The notes beneath the pieces were generated by a model, which saw nothing but the letters and a program-made list of their open reading frames with translations, was not told the DNA's origin and searched no databases. The position numbers were made by a program, and so were the translations under genes. Shown here piece by piece: positions 1-10,086 of a DNA stretch of 64,000 nt (positions are counted from its first letter, which is position 1; every line of letters begins with the position of its first letter). Source of the stretch: an uncultured Phascolarctobacterium sp. (GTDB lineage Bacteria; Bacillota; Clostridia; Oscillospirales; Acutalibacteraceae); the NCBI GenBank assembly GCA_963640645.1, contig CAVHZY010000004.1:16228-80227 (forward strand). The letters run 5' to 3'.

Positions 1-22
1 TCTTCCGTCATGGCAGTTCCTC

Positions 23-2434
23 TTATTTGGCAACAATGTTAACCAGGCGGCCCTTAACATACAGTTCCTTTACAATGGTCTTGCCTTCCAGTGCGGCAGC
101 AACTTTGCTTTCTGCTTTAGCTGCGGCAATGGCGTCTTCCGCGGTAATGTCTGCCGGTACCATAATACGGGCCTTGATTTTACCGGTTACCTGTACGGCA
201 ATTTCCACTTCGTCTTCTACACACTTGGCTTCATCATAAGTCGGCCATTCTGCTGTAGCCATCATGCCACCAAAGTTCTGTTCTTCCCATGCTTCTTCGG
301 TTACATGCGGAGCAAACGGGTTCAGCAGCAGCAGGAAGGTTTTGTATTCTGCCTTATTCAGCTTGCCATTGTCGGAAATCTGGTTCAGCAGAGCCATCAG
401 CGTTGCAATGGCTGTATTAAACTTCATGCTTTCAATATCTTCGGAAACTTTCTTAATTGCTTTGTGGAAGGAAGCAGAAAGTTCTTTGGAATATTCGTCT
501 CCGTCTACCAGAATGTCCTGCAGGGCCCAGGTACGGTCAATAAAGCGCTTGCAGCCCTTTACGGATGCTTCGGACCACGGAGCGGCCTTTTCATAGTCGC
601 CCATGAAGAGAACATAGGTCCGCAGAACGTCTGCACCATATTCATTTACAACATCCAATGGATCAATAACATTGCCCTTGGACTTGGACATCTTGTCTCC
701 GTCCGGTCCCAAAATCAGACCCTGTGCAGTCCGCTTGGCGTACGGTTCCTTGAACGGTACCTCGCCGATATCATACAGGAAACGATGCCAGAACCGGGAA
801 TAAATCATATGACGGGTAACGTGCTCCATACCGCCGTTGTACCAGTCTACCGGGCCCCAGTATTTCAGTTTTTCCGGATCTGCAATGGCTTTGTCATTGT
901 GCGGATCAATATAGCGCAGGAAGTACCAGGAAGAACCGGCCCACTGTGGCATGGTATCCGTTTCACGACGGGCATCGCCGCCACACTTCGGGCACTTGCA
1001 GTTGACAAATTCCGGAATCTTGGCCAGCGGAGATTCTCCGTCTGTACCCGGTTTGAAGTCTTTTACTACCGGCAGCTTCAGTGGCAGTTCTTCATACGGA
1101 ACGCCAACCATGCCGCACTTCGGGCAATGCACAATGGGAATTGGCTCGCCCCAATAACGTTGACGGTTGAAGGCCCAGTCTTTCATCTTGTACTGTACGC
1201 CTTTTCTGCCCAGTTTCTTTTCACCCAGGTAGTCCAGCATTTTGGCAATGGCCGTCTTCTTATCCTGAATGCCGTTCAGGAAGCCGGAGTTAATCATTTC
1301 ACCGTCTCCGGTATAGGCTTCCTTGGAAATGTCTCCGCCCTTAATAACTTCAATAATATCAATGCCGAATTTCTTGGCAAAGTCATAGTCTCTCTGGTCA
1401 TGAGCCGGAACTGCCATAATTGCGCCGGTACCGTAGCCCATCATGACGTAGTCAGAAATAAAGATTGGGATTTCCCTGCCATCCAGCGGGGAAATAGCCG
1501 TCAGACCGTCAATTTTTACACCGGTCTTGTCCTTTACCAGTTGGGTCCGTTCAAATTCGGTCTTCTTGGCGCATTCGGCACGGTAAGCCGTAATGGCATC
1601 CATGTTACCAATGCGGTCGGCATACCGGTCAATCATAGGATGTTCCGGCGCCATAACCATAAACGTAACACCAAACAGGGTATCCGGACGGGTGGTGTAA
1701 ACTTCCAGTGTTTCGTCATCAGAGCCCTTCACCGGGAAATCTACAAAGGCACCAACGGATTTACCAATCCAGTTAATCTGCTGTTGCTTAATGTTCGGCA
1801 GATAATCTACTTCTTCCAGACCCGCCAGCAGTTTATCGGCATATTCCGTAATCCGCAGATACCAGACGTCCTTGGACTTTTGCACAATTTCGGAATGGCA
1901 GATGTCACAGTGACCGCCCTGGGAGTCTTCGTTGGACAGAACAACCTTACAGGACGGACAGTAGTTAACCAGGGTCTTGTCACGGAAGGCCAGGCCATGG
2001 TCAAACATCTTCAGGAAAATATACTGCGTCCACTTGTAGTAATCTTCGTCTGTGGTATCAATGACACGATTCCAGTCAAAGGAGAATCCGACTCTTTTCA
2101 GCTGGTCAGAAAAACGGGCAATATTCTTGTCCGTTACTTCTCTTGGGTGCATACCGGTTTTAATGGCGTAGTTTTCCGTCGGCAGACCATAGGCATCAAA
2201 GCCGATTGGGAAAAGGACATTGTAGCCCTGCATCCGTCTTTTTCTGGAAACGACTTCCAGGCCGGAATACGCTTTAATGTGTCCTACATGCATGCCCGCT
2301 CCGGAGGGATACGGAAATTCTACCAGGCCATAAAACTTTGGCTTGTCAGAACCGTCTACTGCGTGAAAGACACCGGCGTCTTCCCACTTCTTTTGCCATT
2401 TTCCTTCTACTTCCTTAAAATTGTATGCTTTCAT
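23..2434 (-). CDS. leuS: leucine--tRNA ligase
   Basis: 803-aa ORF. It has the class I HIGH-type motif (PYPSGAGMHVGHIKAY), the KMSKS motif (DKMSKSKGNVIDP), Zn-binding cysteines (CPSCKV..CDICHS) and a large editing insert. Confidence 0.97.
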   Translation of the reverse strand: MKAYNFKEVEGKWQKKWEDAGVFHAVDGSDKPKFYGLVEFPYPSGAGMHVGHIKAYSGLEVVSRKRRMQGYNVLFPIGFDAYGLPTENYAIKTGMHPREVTDKNIARFSDQLKRVGFSFDWNRVIDTTDEDYYKWTQYIFLKMFDHGLAFRDKTLVNYCPSCKVVLSNEDSQGGHCDICHSEIVQKSKDVWYLRITEYADKLLAGLEEVDYLPNIKQQQINWIGKSVGAFVDFPVKGSDDETLEVYTTRPDTLFGVTFMVMAPEHPMIDRYADRIGNMDAITAYRAECAKKTEFERTQLVKDKTGVKIDGLTAISPLDGREIPIFISDYVMMGYGTGAIMAVPAHDQRDYDFAKKFGIDIIEVIKGGDISKEAYTGDGEMINSGFLNGIQDKKTAIAKMLDYLGEKKLGRKGVQYKMKDWAFNRQRYWGEPIPIVHCPKCGMVGVPYEELPLKLPVVKDFKPGTDGESPLAKIPEFVNCKCPKCGGDARRETDTMPQWAGSSWYFLRYIDPHNDKAIADPEKLKYWGPVDWYNGGMEHVTRHMIYSRFWHRFLYDIGEVPFKEPYAKRTAQGLILGPDGDKMSKSKGNVIDPLDVVNEYGADVLRTYVLFMGDYEKAAPWSEASVKGCKRFIDRTWALQDILVDGDEYSKELSASFHKAIKKVSEDIESMKFNTAIATLMALLNQISDNGKLNKAEYKTFLLLLNPFAPHVTEEAWEEQNFGGMMATAEWPTYDEAKCVEDEVEIAVQVTGKIKARIMVPADITAEDAIAAAKAESKVAAALEGKTIVKELYVKGRLVNIVAK

Positions 2435-2498
2435 GTGTCAACATTCCTTCTATTTTAGAATTGTTACTATGCGTTTTTATTTGTCTGGCGAGTCAGCG

Positions 2499-2834
2499 TT
2501 ACCCAATTGGAATATCTTCCGCATCTGCCCAAAGCCGTTCCAAATTAAACTGTTCCCTGGCGGCAGGCAGGAAAATATGGGCAATGACGCTGCCGAAATC
2601 TACCAATAACCAGTCAGAGGATTTTCCTTCCAAATGACCGGTTATTCCTTCCTGCTTCAGCTTAAATTCTACTTCGTCTGCCAAAGATTTGATGTGCGTG
2701 TTGGAGGTACCGTTGCAAATAACAAAATATTCTGTCAGCACGGTTAAATCCCCTACCTTTTTGATGCGAACATCAATGGCCTTTTTGTCATCCAGGATAG
2801 TGGCTATTTTTTGAGCCAGTTCAAGATTTGTCAT
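2499..2834 (-). CDS. rsfS: ribosome silencing factor RsfS
   Basis: 111 aa with the typical C-terminal DWLLVDFGSVIAHIF signature. It sits in the conserved nadD-yqeK-rsfS order and overlaps yqeK by 4 nt. Confidence 0.9.
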   Translation of the reverse strand: MTNLELAQKIATILDDKKAIDVRIKKVGDLTVLTEYFVICNGTSNTHIKSLADEVEFKLKQEGITGHLEGKSSDWLLVDFGSVIAHIFLPAAREQFNLERLWADAEDIPIG

Positions 2835-3418
2835 GCGTGTTCCTCCGCTAAAAATTGTTCGGCCAGCTGGTTGTATAACTCCAGCGTGTCGGAATTTAAG
2901 GGCTGGCGCTGGGCCAGCAGTTTCTGCAGTGTAAATTGTGCTCCAAGGAAGGTTCCTTCGTCCAAATTTTGAAGGGCGGCGGCGCGAACCTTGTCCACGT
3001 CCGGGTAGGAGCGTTCTACGGATATCAGATCAGCAGTATAAATGATCTTTTCCAGGGTGCTCATGTCTTTTTTTCCGATGGTGTGGTACTGAATGGCGGA
3101 AAGCACTTCCGGATCTGTAATACCAAGTTCGTCCCGGACGTAACAGGCGCCCGCCGGCCCATGCCACAACTTGGGATTGTTGCGTACCGCATCGGGAACC
3201 GGAGCCCCCAGCTGGAACAGGTATTTTTGCTGTTCTTCCGGCGAGGCATTCTTTTCAATATCATGAAGAAGCCCTGCCAGGTAGGCCTTGTCCGGATCAA
3301 CGCCATTCCGTTCGGCCAGCTGCCGTGCAGCGTCGGCCACGTTCAGGGAATGGCGGAACCGGGACGGTTTCAGCTTTTGCTGTAACAGCTGAACCAGTTC
3401 GTCTTTCCGTTCTATCAT
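2831..3418 (-). CDS. yqeK: HD-domain phosphohydrolase YqeK (bis(5'-nucleosyl)-tetraphosphatase type)
   Basis: 195 aa with H..HD metal motifs (RFRHSLNV, LLHDIEK). Its position immediately after nadD matches other Firmicutes. Confidence 0.85.
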   Translation of the reverse strand: MIERKDELVQLLQQKLKPSRFRHSLNVADAARQLAERNGVDPDKAYLAGLLHDIEKNASPEEQQKYLFQLGAPVPDAVRNNPKLWHGPAGACYVRDELGITDPEVLSAIQYHTIGKKDMSTLEKIIYTADLISVERSYPDVDKVRAAALQNLDEGTFLGAQFTLQKLLAQRQPLNSDTLELYNQLAEQFLAEEHA

Positions 3419-4023
3419 AAGTACAGTCCTTTACGGTTAATATACTCTTCTGCTTCTGCCGAAACCAGTCCTGTCAGGGCTTCTCCGGCCTTGCGTTTGT
3501 TCCGGAGCTCCGTAGAGCTGACCTCAAAGGGCTCCAGTTGTAGAAAGTGAAAGCGTCCGGCGGCATACTGTGCCGGATACTGTTGCCGTGCAAACCGTTC
3601 CAGATCCGAAACGGAGGTCCGGTCGGAACGCACGGCCGAAACAAAATGAGCCAGTTCCAGCAGCCGCTCCGGTTCCCGCCAATGCGGCAGGTACAGCAAC
3701 ATATCATCGCCTACTAAAAAGTAGAGTTCTTTTTCCGGATAATTGCGTTTTAATTCTTCCAGCGTATCCACTGTATAAGAACGTCCCTTCCGTTGCAACT
3801 CCAAATCCGAAATTTTGCAACGCGGATCAGTAAAAGTCTGCCTACAAAGTGCCAGACGGTCTTCTCCGGAAGCCAGTTCCGGACTGGCCTTGTGCGGAGG
3901 AACATAAGATGGAATAATCAGTAATTCCTCCGGCTGAAAGGCCTGTAAAAAGGCGGTTGCAATATGAAGATGTCCCAGGTGGGGCGGATTAAAGGTTCCG
4001 CCAAAAACGCCGATGTTATCCAC
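3415..4023 (-). CDS. nadD: nicotinate-nucleotide adenylyltransferase
   Basis: Carries the GGTFNPPHLGHL nucleotidyltransferase motif. The first ~60 aa of the ORF-track product overlap yhbY and are basic junk. The start is re-assigned to GTG at 4023 (cac at 4021-4023), with ATG at 4080 as an alternative. Confidence 0.9.
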   Translation of the reverse strand: MDNIGVFGGTFNPPHLGHLHIATAFLQAFQPEELLIIPSYVPPHKASPELASGEDRLALCRQTFTDPRCKISDLELQRKGRSYTVDTLEELKRNYPEKELYFLVGDDMLLYLPHWREPERLLELAHFVSAVRSDRTSVSDLERFARQQYPAQYAAGRFHFLQLEPFEVSSTELRNKRKAGEALTGLVSAEAEEYINRKGLYL

Positions 4024-4411
4024 GTTGTCTTTCCTTCTTCTTTGCCGCCAGATATTCTCTGCGTGCTTTGTCGCGGGCATTCTGCCGGCTGACTTTTTCC
4101 GCTTTGCGGATATTGGCTTTTTTCTGCTTTTCCTTATCATGCAATTCCTGACTATAACGGTACAGGATAATAACGCCGCCAACAACTCCACAGATTTCCG
4201 CACCGGTTGCGGCGGCCAGCTCTACGGCAGCTTCCTTTGGCCGGATGGGTGTGGTTTCCAATAAAACTTTTACTTTAATTAATTCCCTGGCCGTCAGGGC
4301 TTCATCTACATGGCGAATCAGTTCTTCGCTGATGCCGTTTTTCCCAATCTGGGTAACGGGCGTCAGGGTATGCGCCTTTGCGCGGAGTGCTGCTCTTTCT
4401 TTACTGGTCAT
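4016..4411 (-). CDS. yhbY: YhbY/CRM-domain RNA-binding protein with a K/R-rich C-terminal tail
   Basis: Shows the IGKNGISEELI...ELIKVKV signature of the YhbY family. The last ~40 aa are lysine/arginine rich. Confidence 0.8.
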   Translation of the reverse strand: MTSKERAALRAKAHTLTPVTQIGKNGISEELIRHVDEALTARELIKVKVLLETTPIRPKEAAVELAAATGAEICGVVGGVIILYRYSQELHDKEKQKKANIRKAEKVSRQNARDKARREYLAAKKKERQRG

Positions 4412-4994
4412 TCCTGATTTCCTCTTTCAACAACTTACACATTTTATGCAATGCCACACTGCGGTGGCTGGTTTGGTCTTTTACTTCCGGCGGCACTTCT
4501 GCATACGTTTTGTCTCCGTAATAAAACAGGGGATCATAGCCAAATCCGCCCTGTCCATGACGGGAAAATCCAATGTGGCCTTCCACCGTTCCCATGACAA
4601 CAAATTCCCGTCCGTCCGGGAACACGGCCGCAATGGCACAGGCATAATGTGCTGTGCGCTTTTCCTCCGGAACCCCTTCCAGCTCTGCCAGCAACTTGTC
4701 ATTGTTGGCTTCGTCATCTCCGCCACTGTAACGTGCGGAATAAATGCCCGGGGCACCATCCAGTGCGTCTACGCAAAGGCCGGAATCATCTGCCAGAGTG
4801 GGCTGACCACTGACCAGGCATCCGCTTCGTGCCTTTAACAGTGCATTTTCTTCAAAACTTTTACCGGTTTCTTCCACGTCGGGAAGATTCAGCCCTAAGT
4901 CCCCTGCTGTTTTAATTTCAATGCCCAAAGGGGCCAGAATACGGTCAAATTCTTTTTTCTTATGCTGGTTCTGGGTAGCAATTAAAAAGATCAT
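4401..4994 (-). CDS. rdgB: dITP/XTP pyrophosphatase (RdgB/HAM1 family)
   Basis: 197 aa with family motifs ATQNQHKKKEF, ETGKSFEENALLKA, DDSGL and FGYDPLF. Confidence 0.9.
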   Translation of the reverse strand: MIFLIATQNQHKKKEFDRILAPLGIEIKTAGDLGLNLPDVEETGKSFEENALLKARSGCLVSGQPTLADDSGLCVDALDGAPGIYSARYSGGDDEANNDKLLAELEGVPEEKRTAHYACAIAAVFPDGREFVVMGTVEGHIGFSRHGQGGFGYDPLFYYGDKTYAEVPPEVKDQTSHRSVALHKMCKLLKEEIRNDQ

Positions 4995-4997
4995 GGC

Positions 4998-6440
4998 TTA
5001 TCCTCTGTTTTTCTTTGCCATCAGTTTTTCGTGGCGGATGGCTTCCTTTTCCCGCTCTTTGGCAATCATGCGGGCAATCTTTTCCTTTTCCGCCTGTTTT
5101 TTTGCTTCTTCCTTTGCTGCTTTCTTTGCCGACTTTTCTTCCGCGGCTGTCATTACCTGGGCCTTCGGCGCTTCTACCGGCGCTTTTTCCGGAACACGTT
5201 CTACGGCCGGAGCAGCCTTAGTTGCATTTGCTGTGGCTTCGGCAGCTTCTGCAGCAGCACGGGCAGCGGCTTCTTCTTCCAGCTGCTTCCGGTAGGCCTC
5301 TTTCTTAGCCTGCTCTTTGGCTTTCTGTTCGGCCTTGCGGCGGGCCTTTTCTTCTTCCGCGGCACGGGCGGCTTCTTCTGCTGCCTTAGCTGCTTCCGCT
5401 TCTGCTTTTGCCTTTGCTTTTTCTTCTTTCCTGGTCAGTTCCCGTTCTTCCTCCGGAACTTCTTCCGGCAGGGCAGACAGGTTCATATTTTCTTCAATTT
5501 TCCGTTCCAGGGCCTCCTGTTCTTCTTCGGAAACCGAATCAAACAAGGAGGAGGCAAATGCAGTAGCCGAAAACGGCTGTAGGTCATCTATTCCTTCACC
5601 AACGCCGATAAATTTTACCGGCAGTTTCAAATCATTTTTAATGGAAAGAACCACGCCGCCACGGGCCGTACCATCCAGTTTGGTCAGAACAATACCGGAA
5701 ACATCGGCCACCTTCATAAATTCTTTGGCCTGGCTGATGGCGTTCTGGCCGGTAGTGGCATCCAGTACCAGGAAAATTTCCCGGTCGGAATACGGCAGTT
5801 CCCGGTCAATAACACGGAAAATCTTATTCAATTCATCCATCAGGTTTTTCTTGTTGTGAATCCGTCCGGCCGTGTCAATGATAATGACATCGGCATTCCG
5901 GTTAATGCCGGCGTTAATGGTATCAAACACAACAGCAGCCGGATCGGCGCCTTCTGCGTGTTTGACCAGATCTACTCCGGCCCGCTCAGCCCAAATTTGC
6001 AACTGGTCTATTGCGGCCGCGCGGAAGGTATCCGCCGCACCCAGAATGACTTTCTGTCCCTGGCTCTTAAAGAAGGCCGCCATTTTACCAATGGTAGTTG
6101 TTTTACCAACACCATTGACACCAATAACTAAGATAACGGCAGGGCTGGTTAAAAAATCTATGGTCTGGTCCTTGCCCAGCATATCAGCCACAACTTCCTT
6201 CATGGCCTGACGGACCCCTTGCGGATCACGAATGTTTCGTTCCGAAACCAGTTCCCTGGTTTGTTCTATGATGGCTTCGGAGGTGTAAACCCCTACATCG
6301 CCCATAACAAGAAGCTCTGTCAGTTCGTCAAACAGATCGTCACCGACTTCTTCAAAAGAGTCCAGAACGGCGTCCAGGTTGGCGCTGAGCTTGTCTCTGG
6401 TCTTTTTCATTCCGCTGTTGGTTTTTCCGAAAATTCCCAT
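4998..6440 (-). CDS. ftsY: signal recognition particle receptor FtsY with a ~180-aa charged C-terminal extension
   Basis: The NG domain begins at the N-terminus, with GTPase motifs [18 protein letters not shown] and [10 protein letters not shown]. Residues ~301-480 are low-complexity K/E/A sequence. Confidence 0.93.
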   Translation of the reverse strand: MGIFGKTNSGMKKTRDKLSANLDAVLDSFEEVGDDLFDELTELLVMGDVGVYTSEAIIEQTRELVSERNIRDPQGVRQAMKEVVADMLGKDQTIDFLTSPAVILVIGVNGVGKTTTIGKMAAFFKSQGQKVILGAADTFRAAAIDQLQIWAERAGVDLVKHAEGADPAAVVFDTINAGINRNADVIIIDTAGRIHNKKNLMDELNKIFRVIDRELPYSDREIFLVLDATTGQNAISQAKEFMKVADVSGIVLTKLDGTARGGVVLSIKNDLKLPVKFIGVGEGIDDLQPFSATAFASSLFDSVSEEEQEALERKIEENMNLSALPEEVPEEERELTRKEEKAKAKAEAEAAKAAEEAARAAEEEKARRKAEQKAKEQAKKEAYRKQLEEEAAARAAAEAAEATANATKAAPAVERVPEKAPVEAPKAQVMTAAEEKSAKKAAKEEAKKQAEKEKIARMIAKEREKEAIRHEKLMAKKNRG

Positions 6441-6461
6441 GTGTTTCCTCCGAACTTTTTA

Positions 6462-9400
6462 TCAGGCGTTCAAACCCAGTTTGTTAGCCATTTCCGCGGT
6501 GCGCAGTTCCAACAGCTTGGATACGCCTTCTTCTTCCATGGTAATGCCGTACATGATGTCGGCTTCTTCCATGGTACCGCGCCGGTGGGTAATCAGGATA
6601 AACTGGGTGTTTCCCGTCATGCCGCGCACATACTGCGCAAATCGGGATACGTTGACGTCATCCAGCGCCGCTTCCACTTCGTCAAAAATGCAGAAGGGAG
6701 CCGGGGTTACTTTCAGGATGGCGCAGAGCAGGGCAATGGCCGCCAGGCCCTTTTCGCCGCCGGAAAGCAGGTCTATGTTTTGTACGTTCTTGCCCGGTGG
6801 CTGTACCTGAATCTGAATGGGACATTCCAGAATGTCCAGCTCATTTTCCAGAATCAGCTCTGCCTTACCACCGCCAAACAGGTCCGTAAAGGTGGTGCCG
6901 AACGCACGGTTAATACGATGGAATTGTTCCCGGAACTGCTGGGCCATGTTGTCCGTCAGCTCATCAATCAGCTGGGTCAGTTCCTTTTTGGAGGTTTCCA
7001 CATCCGCAATCTGGCCGCTCATAAATTCGTATCGTTCGGATACTTCTTTATATTCTTCAATGGCGCCGACATTGACGGAACCAAGGGCCTTGATCTTGCC
7101 TTTCAGTTCGGACAGGCTGCGTCCGGTGGCAACCGGATCTTCTGCCGGTTCGGCTACTTCTGCCGCTTCCCGGCGAGTCAGCTGATATTCGTCAAACAGC
7201 TTGTTGACGGTGTCATCATAGTCCCGGAGCATGGTAACTTTGCGTTCTTCCAGGCGGGCCAGCTCGCCGCTGATGCGTTCCTTTTCTTCCGTTTTCTGGC
7301 GTTCTAAGGAACGGAGCTTGCTGTCTTCTGCCTGGAAACCTTCCCGCTCTACAGTCAGGGAATCCATTTTCTGCCGTGCATCCTGCCCGGCTTCTTTCAG
7401 CTCTTCCAGCGCCTGCTGATACTGCTGAATTTCTTCGGCGGCAGTCTGGTTGGCGGCAAGGAAGGTGTCCAGTTCTTTTTGCAGGGCGGCTTCTTTTTCC
7501 GTCTGGCCGGATCCGCTTTCTGTCAGGCGGGCAATGGTGTCCGCCTTGGCTTCGCGGTCCTTTTGCAAACTGAGCAATTCCAGGCCAAGTTGAACGGCCT
7601 GCTGATGCAGTTCATTTTGCTGCTCCAAAACAGCGCCGGCAGACGCATCTGCTGCCTGCAGGTCTGCGGACAGTGCCTGAATTTCCTTTTGTAAGATGGC
7701 TTCCTTCTGTTCCGCCTGCGCAATTTCTTCCCGGAATCCGGTACTGCGCTGTTCATTGGTTTTCTGTTCTTCCAGCAGGTCGGACAGGGCGTCCGCAACG
7801 CTGGTATATTGTCCCGCCGTCAGCGTAAAGGCACTTTCGGCGTGTACTTTTTCTTCATTGGCCGTAATTAAATCTGCGGCCGTGGCTTCCTTTTCGGCCA
7901 GGGCCCTGGAAGCCTCTTCTGCGGCCTGGCGGTATTGCTGTTCTGCCGCATTCTGCTTCTGTTGCAGGTCTGTCAAAGTTGCTTTCAGCCGTTCTGTTTC
8001 CCCACTGCGGGACAACATTCCGGCATTGCGGACGCGGGAGCCGCCGGTCATGGAACCACCGGCGTTAATCAGCTGTCCGTCTAAGGTTACAATCCGGAAC
8101 CGGTTTTTATACTTCCGGCCCATGGCAATGGCACTGTCCATGTCTTCCGCCACAACGGTACGGCACAGCTGCGCTTTCACAATTTCTGTATATTTGGCGT
8201 CCGCCTTTACCAGGTTGGAGGCCAGATCCACATAACCGTAACAGTCATCCAGTCCGGATTCCTGTAACGGGTGACTGCGGATGGCAGAGATTGGTAAAAA
8301 GGTAGCACGGCCGCCTTTACTTTCCTTTAAAAAGGAAATGGCTTTTTTGGCATCTGCTTCGGAGTCTACTACCACATTCTGGATGGCGGCACCCAATGCT
8401 GTTTCAACGGCAAGGGCATACTGGTCCGGAACCGAAATTAACTGGGACAGCGGCCCGTGAATACCGCGCAGCGTGCCACGTTTGGCTTCCCTTACAACAG
8501 CTTTTACGGAACCCTGATACCCTTCCATGTTCTTTTCCATGTCTTCCAACAGACGAAGCTTATCTTCGGTCTGCTGGGTTTCCCGGCGGATGGTTTCCCA
8601 TTCTGCCCGGCGGGTTTCTGCTTTTTCGGAGCGGGTTTTGGCCCGCAGTTCATACCCCTGAATGGCATTGGACAAAGCGGTTACGGATTCTTCTGCGGCG
8701 GTCATCCGTTGCTGCGCTGCATCCTTAGCGATGGAGAGCTCTTCCAGCAGGGAACGGCGCTCTTTTTCAGAGGCGTCGGAATCCGCGGCACGGGTAGACA
8801 GTTCTTCCAGACCGGCCTGGGCGGAGCTTTTCCGGATCCGCGTGGCAGCCAGATGATCCGACAAATCCTGGATTTGCCGGGAAAGCTCTGCACTGCGGTC
8901 TCCGTGTTTTGTGTTTTCTGCAGCAAGGGCTTCTGACTGTTGTTTCAGTGCTTCCTGCTGAACCTGCTTTTCCGTTTCCTGCCGGGTCAGTTCTTCCACG
9001 GCAGCACGCAAAGCCTGTACGGACTGCTCTACTTCGTCCCGTTCGGAAGCCGCGGCTTCCATATCCCGGCGTACCCGTTCTACGGACTGATTGTTTAATT
9101 GAATGGTATTTTCATGAACCGCAATTTTGGAATTTAAATCGGCCGCTTTTTCTTCCTGGGACCCTAAAGAGTTGCGAATTTCTTCTATTTGCAAGGTCAG
9201 GGCACGGGAGCGGTCCAGGGCAGATTCTATTTTTTCTTCAATCTGCGTTAATGCCGCTTCGGCTTCATTGTACTGATGGGAGGCCAGATCTACTTTGTGT
9301 TCCTGCTCCTTCAGTTTCCCTTTCAAATGATCAATGTTGTATAACCACAGACTGATTTCCACCTGCTTCTTTTCTTCTGCCAGCAGCAGAAATTTCTGGG

Positions 9401-10034
9401 CCTTTTCACTCTGGGTCTTTAAGGGACCAACCCGGGATTCCAGTTCGGTCAGGATGTCCCGCAAACGCACCAGGTTGTCTTCCGCCTGGCTTAAGCGGCG
9501 AAGAGCGTCTGTGCGGCGGTACCGGAAATGGGAAATGCCGGCAGCTTCTTCCAGCATGTCTCTGCGCTGACTGGACTTGGCGGAAACCATGTCGGCAACC
9601 TTACCCTGGCTGACAATGGAATAACCGTCCCGGCCAAGGCCGGTGTCCATAAACATTTCATTAATGTCCCGCAGGCGGGCTGCTTCCCCATTAATTTTAT
9701 ATTCACTTTCTCCGGAGCGGTAATACCGTCTGGTAATGGACACTTCATCCGCATCTTTCTTTAAAGAGCGGTCTTTGTTGTCCAGGCGCAGGGTAACCTC
9801 CGCATACCCAAGGGCACGGCGGGAACTGGTTCCGCTGAAAATAACATCTTCCATCTTGGCACCGCGCAGATTCTTGGTGGACTGTTCCCCCAAAACCCAG
9901 CGGACCGCATCGGAGATGTTACTTTTGCCGGAGCCATTCGGTCCTACGACCGCCGTCATTCCCTTGTCAAACCGTAACACGGTTTTGTCAGGGAAGGACT
10001 TAAACCCCTGCATTTCCAGTGCTGTTAAAACCAT
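6462..10034 (-). CDS. smc: chromosome segregation protein SMC
   Basis: 1190 aa with Walker A GPNGSGKSN, signature LSGGEK, Walker B FCIFDEVEAALD, long coiled-coil arms and a central hinge. Confidence 0.97.
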   Translation of the reverse strand: MVLTALEMQGFKSFPDKTVLRFDKGMTAVVGPNGSGKSNISDAVRWVLGEQSTKNLRGAKMEDVIFSGTSSRRALGYAEVTLRLDNKDRSLKKDADEVSITRRYYRSGESEYKINGEAARLRDINEMFMDTGLGRDGYSIVSQGKVADMVSAKSSQRRDMLEEAAGISHFRYRRTDALRRLSQAEDNLVRLRDILTELESRVGPLKTQSEKAQKFLLLAEEKKQVEISLWLYNIDHLKGKLKEQEHKVDLASHQYNEAEAALTQIEEKIESALDRSRALTLQIEEIRNSLGSQEEKAADLNSKIAVHENTIQLNNQSVERVRRDMEAAASERDEVEQSVQALRAAVEELTRQETEKQVQQEALKQQSEALAAENTKHGDRSAELSRQIQDLSDHLAATRIRKSSAQAGLEELSTRAADSDASEKERRSLLEELSIAKDAAQQRMTAAEESVTALSNAIQGYELRAKTRSEKAETRRAEWETIRRETQQTEDKLRLLEDMEKNMEGYQGSVKAVVREAKRGTLRGIHGPLSQLISVPDQYALAVETALGAAIQNVVVDSEADAKKAISFLKESKGGRATFLPISAIRSHPLQESGLDDCYGYVDLASNLVKADAKYTEIVKAQLCRTVVAEDMDSAIAMGRKYKNRFRIVTLDGQLINAGGSMTGGSRVRNAGMLSRSGETERLKATLTDLQQKQNAAEQQYRQAAEEASRALAEKEATAADLITANEEKVHAESAFTLTAGQYTSVADALSDLLEEQKTNEQRSTGFREEIAQAEQKEAILQKEIQALSADLQAADASAGAVLEQQNELHQQAVQLGLELLSLQKDREAKADTIARLTESGSGQTEKEAALQKELDTFLAANQTAAEEIQQYQQALEELKEAGQDARQKMDSLTVEREGFQAEDSKLRSLERQKTEEKERISGELARLEERKVTMLRDYDDTVNKLFDEYQLTRREAAEVAEPAEDPVATGRSLSELKGKIKALGSVNVGAIEEYKEVSERYEFMSGQIADVETSKKELTQLIDELTDNMAQQFREQFHRINRAFGTTFTDLFGGGKAELILENELDILECPIQIQVQPPGKNVQNIDLLSGGEKGLAAIALLCAILKVTPAPFCIFDEVEAALDDVNVSRFAQYVRGMTGNTQFILITHRRGTMEEADIMYGITMEEEGVSKLLELRTAEMANKLGLNA

Positions 10035-10086
10035 GTGGTCCCCTACCTTTTTCCGAATTAAAGTGTTTGCTTATTATACCATAATA

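Noticed and set aside
305-2458. A 717-aa ORF on the plus strand, antisense to almost the whole of leuS.
   Set aside because: leuS on the minus strand has every class I synthetase motif. The antisense product is F/V/N/G/R-rich with no recognisable domain, SD or plausible start. Long stop-free antisense frames are a common by-product of codon bias.
4024-4203. N-terminal extensions of ORF-track products. Examples: nadD (4024-4203), rnc (10801-10923), plsX (11807-11971), the secreted protein (34489-34596), rpmH (46975-47058), infC (18496-18561) and yidC (46212-46274).
   Set aside because: The extensions overlap upstream genes or regulatory DNA and are unlike the respective families. In each case an internal start with an SD gives the canonical N-terminus.
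5015-5859. Several alternative-frame and antisense ORFs over the 3' part of ftsY.
   Set aside because: They arise from the GAA/GCA/AAG-rich low-complexity tail coding region. Their products are homopolymer-like (F/L/S/A runs).
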